Positions 13,875 to 25,961 of a stretch of DNA of 64,000 bases are shown piece by piece; the stretch's first letter is position 1; the number at the start of each line of letters is the position of its first letter. This stretch comes from Nemertoderma westbladi. Its lineage: Eukaryota > Animalia > Xenacoelomorpha. The position numbers and the translations under genes were made by a program. The notes under the pieces are model-generated. The model saw only the letters and a list, made by a program, of their open reading frames with translations. It did not search any database and was not told the origin of the DNA. Location of the stretch: positions 19,108-83,107 of the forward strand of contig JAUCBJ010001560.1 of NCBI GenBank assembly GCA_032718475.1, read 5' to 3'.

Positions 13875-16800
13875 CTAAGAATCACCACCATCCATTCTCT
13901 CCACACCAGCCCCGTCTTCCAGACTAGACTCGGGGGAGCTGGACACCTCGTCCCGAATCAGGGAGCTCCCATTGGTCTGTCTGGGAGGCGAGATTTCGGA
14001 GGCCAGCGAGTCATCCCGGTTGTTAGGGATACGGAGTCCCTGGTACGACTCGCTCAAATCGTCGCGACGCTGCTCTAGAAACTCCGAGTATTTAACGCTC
14101 TTTTTGGAGGCGGTTGACGCCGCTAGAGGCGTCTGTAATGGAGTTAGATACGGAAGTACTGACTCGTCTGCTGTACTAGTAACTACAGTCTTCATGTTGC
14201 CTTGGAGACAGAGTAACAGGGATCCGTCCTTGGTTGTGGTGTGGACGTAGATGGCCGAGGGGTTGAGGGCGTTCCCGACGTAATGCGGCTCGTCGCAGTG
14301 GAAGTGGCAACGAGCGAGTCGGGAATCCGGGAGATCGACGCTCGAGAGTTCCCGGACCTCGACCGAGTGGAAGTGGATGACGTAGAGGTAGGGATCGCGG
14401 TAGCGGAACCCCAACGGCATGCCGGACCAGCGGAGGTCGTGGCCGCGGGTTCGAATCCCCTGGGGGGAGACGAACACGCCCACCTCGTGGAAACACAGGA
14501 GGAGTTCGGTGGTGGCGGGAGGGTTGGCGCGATCGGGAGGGGTCACGTCGATTATACTCACCGGTAGACTCGCCCCGGAAGGGACCGGGTCCTGTCTCGA
14601 CAACGAGGATTCCTCCTCGTCGAGTAGCAAGGCGAGACTCGGCGCCGACAGGTCCACGGAGTAGAAGGAGTTGCCCCCGACTATTAGTCGGTCCGACAGG
14701 AACATCAGACAGCTGCAGGGCTCCATGTACTCGAAGTTACGGACCAATAGGAACTCGTTGCTGTAGTAACGGAGCAGCAGGAGGCTGTCCGGCAGTGCGG
14801 CGGCGACGTAGACGTTGCCGTCGTTACAAACCCCGGAGGATGCCGCGAAGAGATGGCAGTCGATGAGATCCTGCCGCAGGTTGTGCGGGTAGACGGTGTG
14901 CCGCGACTTGGGGTTGTTGGAGACGTTGACGCATTTAGCGAGGAGGTCCGCGGCGTCGACGGACTGCAGACGGAGTCGGTCCCCGCTGATGAGGAGGAGG
15001 AGATGGGGACTCGCGAGTAACTCGAGTTGGGCGACGGCGCCGGTGATCCCGTCGAGATGACCGAGGTTGTTGGGCGGCGAGCCGACGATGAGGCCGTAAT
15101 CGGTCCCGAGTAGGAGCAGCGGCCCATCGGCCCGGACGATGAGACAGCAGTTAACCGCCATCCGCTGCGGGAGTTGCAGCACTCGGGAGTGGACGATCTT
15201 GGCCTCGCGTTGCGCCGCAATCCGCTCGTTCACCGCCCGCGACGCCAGTCCCAGGCGTCGCAGCCACAGCTTCTTGTCCTCGTAGCCGTTAGCCAACAGG
15301 ACGACGGGTTCTTCTGGGTCGCGAAGCAACGCGAACGCTTCAATGAGTTGAGCGGAAGTGGTGGACACAGGTAGTTGGGAGGAAGGAAGAGTTGGTTGGA
15401 CGGATAGATGGGAGCAGCAATGGAAGTCGACGGAAAGGTAAACCGGAGCGTCGCTAAGATCCGAGTCGTACAGGATCAGTTTGTTCTCCGATAGATTCGC
15501 CCATTTCTTGATCCAGCCGGATTTACTTGCGGCGGTGGGGACCTTCAACCAGCCCTCGGTGGACGGCTCGCCCCACTGCGCCGCGGCTCGACAGCCCTGC
15601 AGCACCGGGAGCAGTTGCTGCGGGATCCCGCAGGTGTTGGACAACGAGGGCCGACAGCGCTGATGGCAGACGAGCCCGCACTCCGAGCAGCGCGCCGCCT
15701 TCCGCCCGAAGTGGACCGAGCCGACGCACACTGCGCATTCCGTCGGTCGCATGTTCGTGAATGCGACGAGACGATGGGGGATGTCGTGGCGTGCAACAGG
15801 GGCCACTGACTCAACCGATTCCTCCTCCTTGAGACTCGATACCTCGAGGTACCGACTCGTGTGGGTAGAGTCGACGACGGAGGTCGGACTGAGAGGGAGA
15901 AAGGAACTACTGGAGAGTCCGACAGCGGTGCCGGACAGGAAACCAGACTGACCGACAGCGGTGCCGGACAAGAACCCGGACTGTCCGACCGAGGTCATCT
16001 CGGACTGCCGCTGTTTCAGCAATGAGGCCTCGATCTTCGCCGCATTGCCGGCATCGACGGCACGATTCAGCCGACTCTCGAGGTCTCGACTCTTCGTTTT
16101 CTCCCTCTCTAACTGATTCTGCGCCTCGCTTATTATCGGGTCGCCCCCCGCCGCTCCCGGATTGCTCCGTTTGAATATCCCGCCTTTGCGTTTCTTCCCG
16201 GGGGTCACCAACTCAGACTTTCCCTGCAGGAAGTCGATGAGTTTGCCCTGCTGCGACACGGTTCCGTGCCATCGTATCTTCTCCTCGTAGTGGTTGTGCT
16301 GCAGTGCGGCGACCTGCTGCTCCAATCTCGCCGCCTCCAACTCCCGCAGCTCAACGCACTTCCTCCCGGACTCAACCTGCTGCTCCATCTCCGCGCACTT
16401 CCCTCCCAACTTCTCCGCCCGAACCCTCGTTTTCTCCAACTCCTTCCGTAGCTTCTCCCTCTCTCCCTGCACCTCCGTTAACGCGAGCTGCAGCTCCCCG
16501 TTCCGCTCCCCTAACTGCCGCTCCCTGTACTCCAACTCGCTCGCTCGCTGTACCAACGTGCCAACCCTCCCTCTGTTCTCCTGCAACTCCTCCCCAACCC
16601 GTCGTGTCTCCGCTCTCGCCGCCTCCAACTCCCTCCCGAGCTCTCCAATCGCCTCCCGATGTCTCCGCTCCTCTCGCTCCCTCCCCTCCGATGCCCGTGC
16701 CACCTCTCCAAGCAGCTCCCCCTTCTCCACATCTAACCCTCTCACTTTCCCCTCCATATCCCCCAGCCTCTCTGCCGCGCGCCGTTTCTGCTCCTCTAAC

Positions 16801-18197
16801 TTCCCAACCACCGCTTCATACTCCATATTCTCTTGTTCCAGAACGTCGCAGGCCGCCTTCATATCTTGAAGGTCTTTCCTCCTCCCAATCAGCTCCCTAT
16901 TGGCCTCCTCCAACTCCCGGGTTCGCTCGGTCAGTCTGGCAGATAGCCGTTCCATCTCGGCGTCTTTACCGCTAACGAGTGTTTGCAACTCCCTCGCCCT
17001 TGCCGCCAACCTACTTCGCTCTTCCTTGCTCTCCTCCAGCACCACGGACGCCTCTCTCCTCTCCTTCTCCACCGCCTCTACCATCTGCGCCTCGACTGTC
17101 CGCAATCTCGCGACCTCCTCTTTGCCCCGTTTGCATTGACTCTCGAGCTCCTTGGTCCCCTTCTGCAACCGCTCCAGATCCACCTTCACGCGATGGTGGT
17201 CCGTCTTGGCGGTGGCGAGTCGCTCCTCCAGTGTCGCTATGTCGACGTCCTTCTGCGAAAGCCGCTCGCGGAAGTCACAGACCTCGTCGTTGAACTTCCG
17301 TCGGTTATTGTCCGACTTCTTCTCGAGGTCGTTGATCTTCCTCTGCAGATTGTCGACGAGCACCGCGTTGCCCTCCACCTTGGCGATGAGTCCCACGCGT
17401 TCCCCCTCTTGGTTCTCCTTCTCCTGTTCCACCCTCCGTAACAAACGTTCCCGCTCCCGTTCTAACGAACCCGCGTTCCCCTCCAGTTTCAGCACGGTAT
17501 CGGACAGACTCGTAATCAACTCGTCCTTACCCGCCAATGTTTTCGCCAAGGCCTTACCGCTCGCTACCTCGGCACTCAGCCGCCGCACCTCCGCTTCCAG
17601 ATTCCGCCGCTTATTGTCGGAATCTTTTATCCTCTTATGTAGTGAATCGATCGACTCAAGTTTACACTTCGAGTGGGAAACTTCCCTTTTCAGTTCGATA
17701 TTCTCGCGATAGAGGGTCTCGTTTTTATCGCCCAACTCAAAACATCTAATGGAATTGGATTCGCTTTCATTTCGTAAATGTTGTATCTGAGATTTTAAGG
17801 AATGTACTTTATCATTGTGAGTGTCACTGAGTTGCTTTATCCGTTCCTCCGCGTTCAGTAAGTCTAGCCTGGTGTCTTTCTGCCCCGTTTCTTGGACCTT
17901 CAACTTTTCTTCCAGACTACATCTATCGGCGTAAAGTTCCCGAATTTCCGAACGCAGACGGTCTAGTTCTGCTCGCGTTCTTTCGTCGTGGAGTTGCGAA
18001 TGTTCGTGACGTTTATCATTAAACTCACTGAACATCTGCACAGCACCAGTGGCCAATTCAACCCTTTCTGAATGCTCATTCTCGAGATATTTTCTGACCT
18101 TTTTCAACTTAGAATGTGTTGATCTGAGTTCATCCTCCAGTTGTTTAGTTTTGCCTCTTAAACGCCTGATTTCTCTATCTTTAGGAGCTTCGGCCAT
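13875..18197 (-). CDS. CIT: Citron Rho-interacting protein-like, 1440 aa in one exon: long coiled coil, C1, PH and CNH domains; no kinase domain
   Basis: QQGKLIDFLQ matches the citron coiled-coil motif (QQTKLIDFLQ). HDIPHRL..TNMRPTECAVCVGSVHFGRKAARCSECGLVCHQRC..TCG matches the citron C1 domain. EGWLKVP starts the PH domain. LLCFHEVGVFVS..G.RTR..DLRWS..PL.F.YRDPYLYV.HF.S.EV matches CNH. Confidence 0.9.
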   Translation of the reverse strand: MAEAPKDREIRRLRGKTKQLEDELRSTHSKLKKVRKYLENEHSERVELATGAVQMFSEFNDKRHEHSQLHDERTRAELDRLRSEIRELYADRCSLEEKLKVQETGQKDTRLDLLNAEERIKQLSDTHNDKVHSLKSQIQHLRNESESNSIRCFELGDKNETLYRENIELKREVSHSKCKLESIDSLHKRIKDSDNKRRNLEAEVRRLSAEVASGKALAKTLAGKDELITSLSDTVLKLEGNAGSLERERERLLRRVEQEKENQEGERVGLIAKVEGNAVLVDNLQRKINDLEKKSDNNRRKFNDEVCDFRERLSQKDVDIATLEERLATAKTDHHRVKVDLERLQKGTKELESQCKRGKEEVARLRTVEAQMVEAVEKERREASVVLEESKEERSRLAARARELQTLVSGKDAEMERLSARLTERTRELEEANRELIGRRKDLQDMKAACDVLEQENMEYEAVVGKLEEQKRRAAERLGDMEGKVRGLDVEKGELLGEVARASEGREREERRHREAIGELGRELEAARAETRRVGEELQENRGRVGTLVQRASELEYRERQLGERNGELQLALTEVQGEREKLRKELEKTRVRAEKLGGKCAEMEQQVESGRKCVELRELEAARLEQQVAALQHNHYEEKIRWHGTVSQQGKLIDFLQGKSELVTPGKKRKGGIFKRSNPGAAGGDPIISEAQNQLEREKTKSRDLESRLNRAVDAGNAAKIEASLLKQRQSEMTSVGQSGFLSGTAVGQSGFLSGTAVGLSSSSFLPLSPTSVVDSTHTSRYLEVSSLKEEESVESVAPVARHDIPHRLVAFTNMRPTECAVCVGSVHFGRKAARCSECGLVCHQRCRPSLSNTCGIPQQLLPVLQGCRAAAQWGEPSTEGWLKVPTAASKSGWIKKWANLSENKLILYDSDLSDAPVYLSVDFHCCSHLSVQPTLPSSQLPVSTTSAQLIEAFALLRDPEEPVVLLANGYEDKKLWLRRLGLASRAVNERIAAQREAKIVHSRVLQLPQRMAVNCCLIVRADGPLLLLGTDYGLIVGSPPNNLGHLDGITGAVAQLELLASPHLLLLISGDRLRLQSVDAADLLAKCVNVSNNPKSRHTVYPHNLRQDLIDCHLFAASSGVCNDGNVYVAAALPDSLLLLRYYSNEFLLVRNFEYMEPCSCLMFLSDRLIVGGNSFYSVDLSAPSLALLLDEEESSLSRQDPVPSGASLPVSIIDVTPPDRANPPATTELLLCFHEVGVFVSPQGIRTRGHDLRWSGMPLGFRYRDPYLYVIHFHSVEVRELSSVDLPDSRLARCHFHCDEPHYVGNALNPSAIYVHTTTKDGSLLLCLQGNMKTVVTSTADESVLPYLTPLQTPLAASTASKKSVKYSEFLEQRRDDLSESYQGLRIPNNRDDSLASEISPPRQTNGSSLIRDEVSSSPESSLEDGAGVERMDGGDS

Positions 18198-18326
18198 TGA
18201 TTTGTGGTTGGCTGTAGGCTGTATGCAGTATGTGTGCAGTGTGGTAGGCCTAATCTGCTAATCCTGTAGGTAATCGGAATCCTGTAATCTGTTCTTTTAA
18301 ACACAAAAATCGTTACCGTACACAAC

Positions 18327-18743
18327 CCAGGCTGCAAATGAAGTGCAAAAATCGCAACGCGTTGTGCGCGTATTTGAAATAGTGCGCGGTAAAAGCGCGC
18401 GGAATTGAAATAAAAGTGCGCGAAATTATGTGAAAGATGGCAGTAATCTGTGCAAAATACCTATAGTGTAACATATGTAACAATGTAACATAAAGTGCGC
18501 GGACAGGCTAACAGCAACAGGTGGCTGGATGAGGTGTAAAAAGGTTTACATGCATGCAAAGTGAGAAAAATAATTTGCCACAAAAAAATTGCGCTTCGCT
18601 CGCGTATGTTTTTCGTTTTTTTTTTTGTTAAAATGTGGTGTGCGCGTTTTTTTCGGTGCATGCGCGGTATATTGTCCAATATTGCGCGGCTGAAAAATTG
18701 TGCGCAGGCGTTGTGCGCGGTTCAGTGGTGGTTTGCAGCCTGG
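18327..18743. mobile_element. hAT-like MITE just upstream of the CIT start, probably inside an upstream intron
   Basis: 12-bp TIR CCAGGCTGCAAA / TTTGCAGCCTGG, perfect 8-bp TSD TACACAAC (18319-18326 and 18744-18751), and subterminal TGCGCG motifs. Confidence 0.85.
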
Positions 18744-21263
18744 TACACAACACAGTACCTACTGCAGTACTGAATACTGGCTACTGACCTACCAGGCCAG
18801 GCCTATCTGCCTATCCAGTTACTTGGTTCGAATTGGAAAACATTGTTTCAAAAATGTTAATTCCGTAATTTCGCTGTTTCGTAGAAGTGTAATACTGTAA
18901 TACAGACCTTACCTGCTCAGATGCTTACTGCCACGAACCCGAACCAGACTGCACTGCCTGCTGCCAGAGACAGAGAGATAGATTTATATTAACTACATAT
19001 GTCATTGTTAATAAAATAGCACATTATAGCGTTACGGCACGATGATTTTGTTTAATTAATTTAAAATCAATGCAATCCTATGGGTTACTTTTTCTCCCGA
19101 TTTTGTCTAAATCTGTAAATTGGAGCGAAAAAGTAACAATTTAGGGGTGCATGTAGAGTAGACTGTAAACAGGTTTGATATATTTCACCATAAAGAAGTT
19201 GAGCCTCAGTCTGCACTATAAGTTTTACTACTCTGACCATAAATACGGCTACTATTTCACCATGAACTAGTTGTGGTGAAAGAAGTAATCAATTTGTTTA
19301 ATACTGTGACATGCCAATTTGTTTGGCATATATCTGTATATCCCACAACATTTTTATGGTGAAATTAACAACATAAAACATTTGCGTTATTACAATATTA
19401 CCCCAATTTTGTTGTGGTGAAAACAACAAAATTTTCATAGTTAGTCATAGTTAGCGGACTACGGACTGCGGATTGCCAAAATCAACGCGGTCAATTTGAA
19501 TTATCGACTTCTAAACTAAGAACCCGTTCTTTGTTGTCTGGACAAATGGCGGACTGAAGCTGGTAAATTGTAACCTGATTCTCGTTCCACTGAGGTTGAT
19601 ATCGATCAACCGGGTACCTCGACCTGTGGATACACCGACCGTAACCCTAAACCTTCCGATGCAATTGTATTGCACCCCTCACCCAGGAGTTATAGCCCTC
19701 CTAGTAAAGTGGCTCGCCCCAAAGAGAAAAGGACTCTTGCTAGCCTCAAAAAACTTTGTAAACGCCGTTCATGTAAGAAGGACTAACTGTTTAGAGTACT
19801 TTTATATTTTAGAAACTGTGATTTTTTATATTTTATAGAATTAAATCCCATTTTCTGGGAGCGGTGTAAAAGCTTTTGCGGACATAACAAGTCATTTTTC
19901 CCCGCAATGCACAGTATAGGTGCTTTAGCGGACATAAGTCATTTTTGCCGCAATGCGCATAATACTCTAAAAGATTGGAGCTCAGATGACGAAATCTGTC
20001 TGCTGATTTCCTGTAGACGTGGAACCTCCTTGTTCTGCTCAGCCAATCAGAGTGATTTTCACTTTATGTTCAACAGTGGCCTATGGAAAACCGCGCAATG
20101 CATTACGGTCTTTGTTTACCTTTCTGAGCCTCAGAACCGGCTTGGAATTCTTCTGTACTTCTGTTTTTGGAAGTTTCAGACTTTGGCCTAAACATCTGAT
20201 GGCTTTGATTATTATAAGAACGTAAATCTATTATCATAACGTAACACATCAATCCATACTCACTTACGGTCTTTGCATTACGTAACATATACTGATTGTT
20301 CACCGCATTATTTTACTTCTGTTATTAATTGTTGTTATATGGATATATATTGCTGATATATTTGGATAATACCGATGAATACTCATAAAACCCCCAATCT
20401 TCTTGATTACTGAAGGTGAGAGGAACAGGTTACCGGTAGCAACTGCGACTTAAATTATAGAGGTTTTGTGTGAATTAAATGCTATTTCATAATCCCTACA
20501 AGTGTCAGTTGCGATCTTCCTTATCAAATTCAGTGACGGTCGGCAGATCAGTGTGCATTAGTGTGAAGTAGTGTGAAGTCGTGTGAGGTAGTGTAACAGA
20601 TAATAAAGCATCTCCTAAAGAATGCGCTATTTACGAAACTCATTAGCCATCTAGTTGTGATTAGTATAAGTCATAACTCTGTTTTTATACTTAAAGCGCC
20701 ACGTCCTAAAGGAACTGTTAATATTTCCCCGAAAGTAAATATATTTGTCAGAGATTATATAGTAACGATCAATCGAATAATACAGTAGGTCTGCACAGCA
20801 ATAACTCTCAAGGCACCCGAATCCAGTCTCCCTTAACTGTGGGTGAATGATCGCGCACAGACTGGCTTCGGCAGATGTAACTTCAGTACATTAAATAATT
20901 GATCTAGGCTAAAGTCGATTTATAAACAAGAAGACAACTAAAATTGGCAGGTTAAACTGCTAAAGGTCTAAAAGCGCGAACATGACTCATATTTCCTACT
21001 AATATATTACAACTATATTCAGGTTTCTTTGAAAGGTATTTGCAATAAATAGAGCGAAAAGTTAGAGTGATGAAAACGAGAGAAGATGTGTCTTTCAGTA
21101 CTGCAGTATCAGAGTATAGTATAGTCTAGTCTGTCAGTCTGTGAGAAGTGCCCGGCGCCGTATGTACAAACCCCATACAGTAGAGCTCAGGCCCGGCCCC
21201 AAGCCACCCACCACTCTAAATCCGGCCCTTACTTCTGTACTGCTGTAGGCCTACTTTACTATT

Positions 21264-22735
21264 CGCAATAATTTTTATTGTCCGTTTAAATCCTTTTTTT
21301 GTCCTTTTTTTTTTATTTTTTATGTCCTCCAAAAGTCTAATGTTAGGTTCCATGCTACCGGTTTCTCTACTGCTGTTCTCTCAGGCTATCAGTACCGGTA
21401 TTAGTATATATAGCACTATTTTGCTGTATTGTATGTACAGATGTAGGTATAAAGCAGGTATTTCTGTATTTTAGTACCGGTACCAGCACCGGTACTGCTA
21501 TAGGCCTACTGTGTAGCCTACCATTTAAATACGGTAATGGTAGGCCTACCGGTTGTGCTAATAAATTTTAAATAATTGATAGGCCGAACTGGATTGCAGG
21601 ATTGTGGAAAATGTGGATATACCTTTCACATAATTTAGACCTATTACTGTATTAGTTTTATAATCAATAATGGATCATGACTACTGTCTGAGTAGTGTTA
21701 CGGATAGCGGCACCACTACAGTACTTCCAACAGCACAGAAGGCCCGCCTCTGTAACCTGCCCCTTTCCCTCAATTAGTTAAATGATCGTTTATTGTTTTG
21801 GTTAGATAATCCCGCCTCTGTAACCTGCTCCTTTCCCTCAATTGGTAATGTTATCGTTTATTGTTTTGGTTAGAAAATCCCGCCTCTGTAACCTGCTCCT
21901 TTCTCTCAATTGGTAATGTTATCGTTTATTGTTTTGGTTAGAAAATCCCGTCTCTGTAACCTGCTCCTTTCCCTCAATTAGTTAAATGATCGTTTATTGT
22001 TTTGGTTAGAAAATCCCGCGTCTGTAACCTGCCCCTTTCCCTCAATTAGTTAAATGATCGTTTATTGTTTTGGTTAGAAAATTCCGCCTCTGTAACCTGT
22101 CCCTTTCCCTCAATTAGTTAAATGATCGTTTATTGTTTTGGTTAGAAAATCCCGCCTCTGTAACCTGCTCCTTTCCCTCAATAAGTTAAGTGATCGTTTA
22201 TTGTTTTGGTTAGAAAATCCCGCCTCTGTAACCTGCTCCTTTCCCTCAATTAGTTAAGTGATCGTTTATTGTTTTGGTTAGAAAATCCCGTCACTGTAAC
22301 CTGCTCCTTTCCCTGATTTGTAAAAGTGACTGTTTATTGTTTTGGTTAGAAAACTCGGCATTAACCTGCTCCTTTCCATCAATTGGTAATTGTTTTTGGC
22401 TATAAAATGAGTGTTTTGCTACGTCATGTGGTAATCGATTATCGACAACAACCACAAACTATTAGATATAGAGTCTTTTTACCACAGGCGCATATGGAAA
22501 TCTATCTCATAGTCTATAAATCATGGAATCATGGAATGTTTTGGCACAGGCATAGTGAAATCAACTGTCTGACAGTCCAGAAATCAGCAGTCTGACAGTT
22601 TGAAGAAATACATACATAAAAAGTCATTAAAAGGACAATAAAAGTCATTAAAAGGACAACAAAAGTCATTATGCATAATTCGTAAAAAAAAAATGACAAA
22701 AAAAGTCAAATAAAAGGACATAAAAAATCACTGCC
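21264..22735. mobile_element. Mutator (MULE)-like non-autonomous element carrying an internal tandem array
   Basis: Imperfect ~23-bp TIRs (GCAATAATTTTTATTGTCCGTTT vs reverse complement GCAGTGATTTTTTATGTCCTTTT) and a perfect 9-bp TSD TTTACTATT (21255-21263 and 22736-22744). Confidence 0.7.
21743..22400. repeat. 68-bp tandem repeat, ~9-10 copies
   Basis: Unit CCCGCCTCTGTAACCTGCTCCTTTCCCTCAATTAGTTAAATGATCGTTTATTGTTTTGGTTAGAAAAT. Diverged monomers also occur at ~9790-9905 (+), ~57865-57920 (-) and ~58580-58640 (-). Confidence 0.93.
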
Positions 22736-23647
22736 TTTACTATTTATGGTGATTGGGACCAGCCACCAGGTGCCAGGTGCCTGGAAGAGGCTGGCACTGG
22801 CTGAACCTGGCTGGTACCGGTAAAGACAGAAAGAGGCAATAAAGTACAGTATACAGTCTAGAGTCTACCCCTACAGTTCTCCTAATCAGCTAATCGTATG
22901 GATATACTGTAGGCCTACAGTAGTGTGTGCAATGTGCATGCAGATACAATAATATACAGATAAAGGATATGCATATCCATTTACAAGCGTGCATGCATAT
23001 AATACAATACAGTAGACCTACGCTACGTGCCTAAGGGGGAGCCCCATCCAACGCGGACACGTAAAACTACAGTACAGAATAGATAACATACTGTAGCTTC
23101 CTATGAGAGTAACCCCAACCTTCGCGTCAGGGCAGGCAGATGGGTGACATTAATTATACAGTCGGTCTCGGACCTATTTTGCAAACACGGTTAACTTCTA
23201 CTTATACAGTACACAGTCTACTTACAGTATACACTTACAGTACTACAGTATACAGTCTACTTCCACTTATACAGTTGGCCCACTTCACTCTCCTACCCCC
23301 GGCTTTTTTCAGGCTGCATTTTCTTAAACGTCCATAAAATCACAAAGGTACATAAGACAACATTTAACCCTAACCCTAAGTCATGATTGCAATTTTTGCT
23401 TTACATGAAAGATAATTTCATAGGCTTCAATGAATTTCACGCACTTTTCTTAATTTAATAATATTTCCCCCTTTTTCTATGCATTTTTCCATCACATTGA
23501 AGACAAAATGTACAAGATAAGAAAAACCGTAGGGGGGGGGGCTACCCCCCCCCCCCCCCCCCTTAAGTGTTGCCATAGTACCATGGTCGACCCCCTTATA
23601 AAATTTATATATCAGCCTCGACTGCGTGGAACATTACATTTAAAGCA

Positions 23648-25853
23648 TAGGTTGAACGGGACGTATCTTTATGTAAATGTTCATATTGTATGTTGAACGG
23701 GACGTATCTTTATGTAAATTTTCATATTTTAGGTTGAACGGGACGTATCTTTATGTAAATGTTCATATTGTAGGTTGAACGGGACGTATCTTTATGTAAA
23801 TGTTCATATTGTAGGTTGAACGGGACGTATCTTTATGTAAATTCTCATATTGTAGGTTGAATGGGACGTATCTTTATGTAAATGTTGATATTGTAGGTTG
23901 AACGGGACGTATCTTTATGTAAATGGTCATATTGTAGGTTGAACGGGACGTATCTTTATGTAAATGGTCATATTTTAGGTTGAACGGGACGTATCTTTAT
24001 GTAAATGGTCATATTGTAGGTTGAACGGGACGTATCTTTATGTAAATTTTCATATTGTAGGTTGAATGGGACGTATCTTTATGTAAATGTTCATATTGTA
24101 GGTTGAACGGGACGTATCTTTATGTAAATGGTCATATTGTAGGTTGAACGGGACGTATCTTTATGTAAATGTTCATATTGTAGGTTGAACGGGACGTATC
24201 TTTATGTAAATGTTCATATTGTAGGTTGAACGGGACGTATCTTTATGTAAATGTTCATATTGTAGGTTGAACGGGACGTATCTTTATGTAAATGGTCATA
24301 TTGTAGGTTGAACGGGACTTTTTTTTATCAAAAAAGAAAGACAGGCATCTGGCTGTTATCTTTGTTGACTTCTTCAAGGCCTTTGATTCAGTCTCTCGCT
24401 CACGTATGTTCAGCATACTTTCATTATATGGGATTCCTGATGAAATTATTGCAGCAATCAGATCAGTATACGATGGTTCGACAACATTTGTGTCTACTGT
24501 TGATGGTGACACAGAACCATTTGAAGTGTTATGGGGCGTCCTCCAAGGAGACACACTTGCACCATTCTTGTTCATTATTGTGGTTGACTATGTTCTACGC
24601 ATGTCCTTAGATCATCATAATGATTATGGGGTGATGGTAACTCCACCTACTGGCTCCAGAAGTCGAGGAAATCCTGCCAAGTACCTAACTGATCTAGACT
24701 TTGCTGATGACTTAGGAGTACTCTCAGAATCATTAGAGGGAGCCCAACGGCTCCTCAGCTCATTAGAACATGCTGTGTTGGTCTTTTTATTAACTCCAGA
24801 AAGACCAAAATTCTGACAGTTAACTTTGAAAGTCCTCAGCAAGTCTCTGATCGGATGAGCATACTGTAAGCTCAAAGGATGGTATACTTGAGCATGTGGA
24901 CGACTTCTGTTACCTGGGATCATGGATCCGGAAGTCAGGTGAGGACCTTCGAATACGTAATGGAAAGGCATGGGCAGCCTTGAATAGGCTTTCCAGGATT
25001 TGGAAGTCACCGAGAATTAATCGGAAACTTAAGGTCCGATTATTTAGAGCAGCAGTAGTTCCAGTACTCCTCTACGGGAGTCCATGCTGGGCTCTAACTG
25101 CTGAGGACACCAAATCTCTGGATGGCACATTCACAAGAATGCTACGCCGGGTTCATTGTGTCAAGTACAATGCACACATCTCCAACCAGGCACTATATAA
25201 CATTGGAGGTGTCTCATTGGTTCCCCCAAGCTTGACACTAGAACAAAATCGCCTCCGCTTTGCAGGACATTGCTTTCGCCGTGAGGACCAGCCAGTGCAT
25301 AATCTTGTACTTTGGCAGCCTCATGGAGTGAATAAGCATGGTGGACAGCCCATGACTTTCTTGAGACGCATCTTAAAGGACACTGGCCTTAAAGATGCGG
25401 ATGATCTAGCAAATGTCATGGGTGATAGGGAGTTGTGGCGGTGCAATTTTGTTGACAAGCCGGCACAGCATTCTTAAAAATGCAGCTGCAATGCAGCATG
25501 CCGATCCTAGTAGTAGTAGTAGTATCTTTATGTAAATGTTCATATTGTAGGTTGAACGGGACGTATCTTTATGTAAATTTTCATATTGTAGGTTGAACGG
25601 GACGTATCTTTATGTAAATGTTCATATTGTAGGTCGAACGGGACGTATCTTTATGTAAATGTTCATATTGTATGTTGAACGGGACGTATCTTTATGTAAA
25701 TTTTCATATTGTAGGTTGAACGGGACGTATCTTTATGTAAATGTTCATATTGTAGGTTGAACGGGACGTATCTTTATGTAAATGTTCATATTGTATGTTG
25801 AACGGGACGTATCTTTATGTAAATGTTCATATTGTAGGTTGAACGGGACGTAT
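23648..25853. repeat. 41-bp minisatellite interrupted by an RTE LINE
   Basis: Unit GTAGGTTGAACGGGACGTATCTTTATGTAAATGTTCATATT; ~16 copies at 23648-24318 and ~8 at 25522-25853. Confidence 0.96.
24325..25521 (+). mobile_element. RTE-clade non-LTR retrotransposon, 5'-truncated and frameshifted (copy 1)
   Basis: RT motifs FVDFFKAFDSV, GVLQGDTLAPFLF, DLDFADD, FCYLGS and RLRFAGHCFR; short 3' UTR and (TAG)n tail. Confidence 0.93.
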
Positions 25854-25889
25854 AGACTGAATTGGAAGTTAACAATGCAATGCTAATGT

Positions 25890-25961
25890 CAAGGACTTCT
25901 AGAACATAGTATATATTCTTTGGAACATAATATATACTGTACTATGTTCTAGAAGTCCTTG
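25890..25961. mobile_element. 72-bp mini inverted-repeat element
   Basis: 22-bp perfect TIR CAAGGACTTCTAGAACATAGTA. Flanks CTAATGT / CTAATAT look like a 7-bp TSD with one mismatch. Confidence 0.55.

Noticed and set aside
13854-18261. Many short ORFs overlapping the Citron ORF
   Set aside because: Shadow frames of a GC-rich coding exon.
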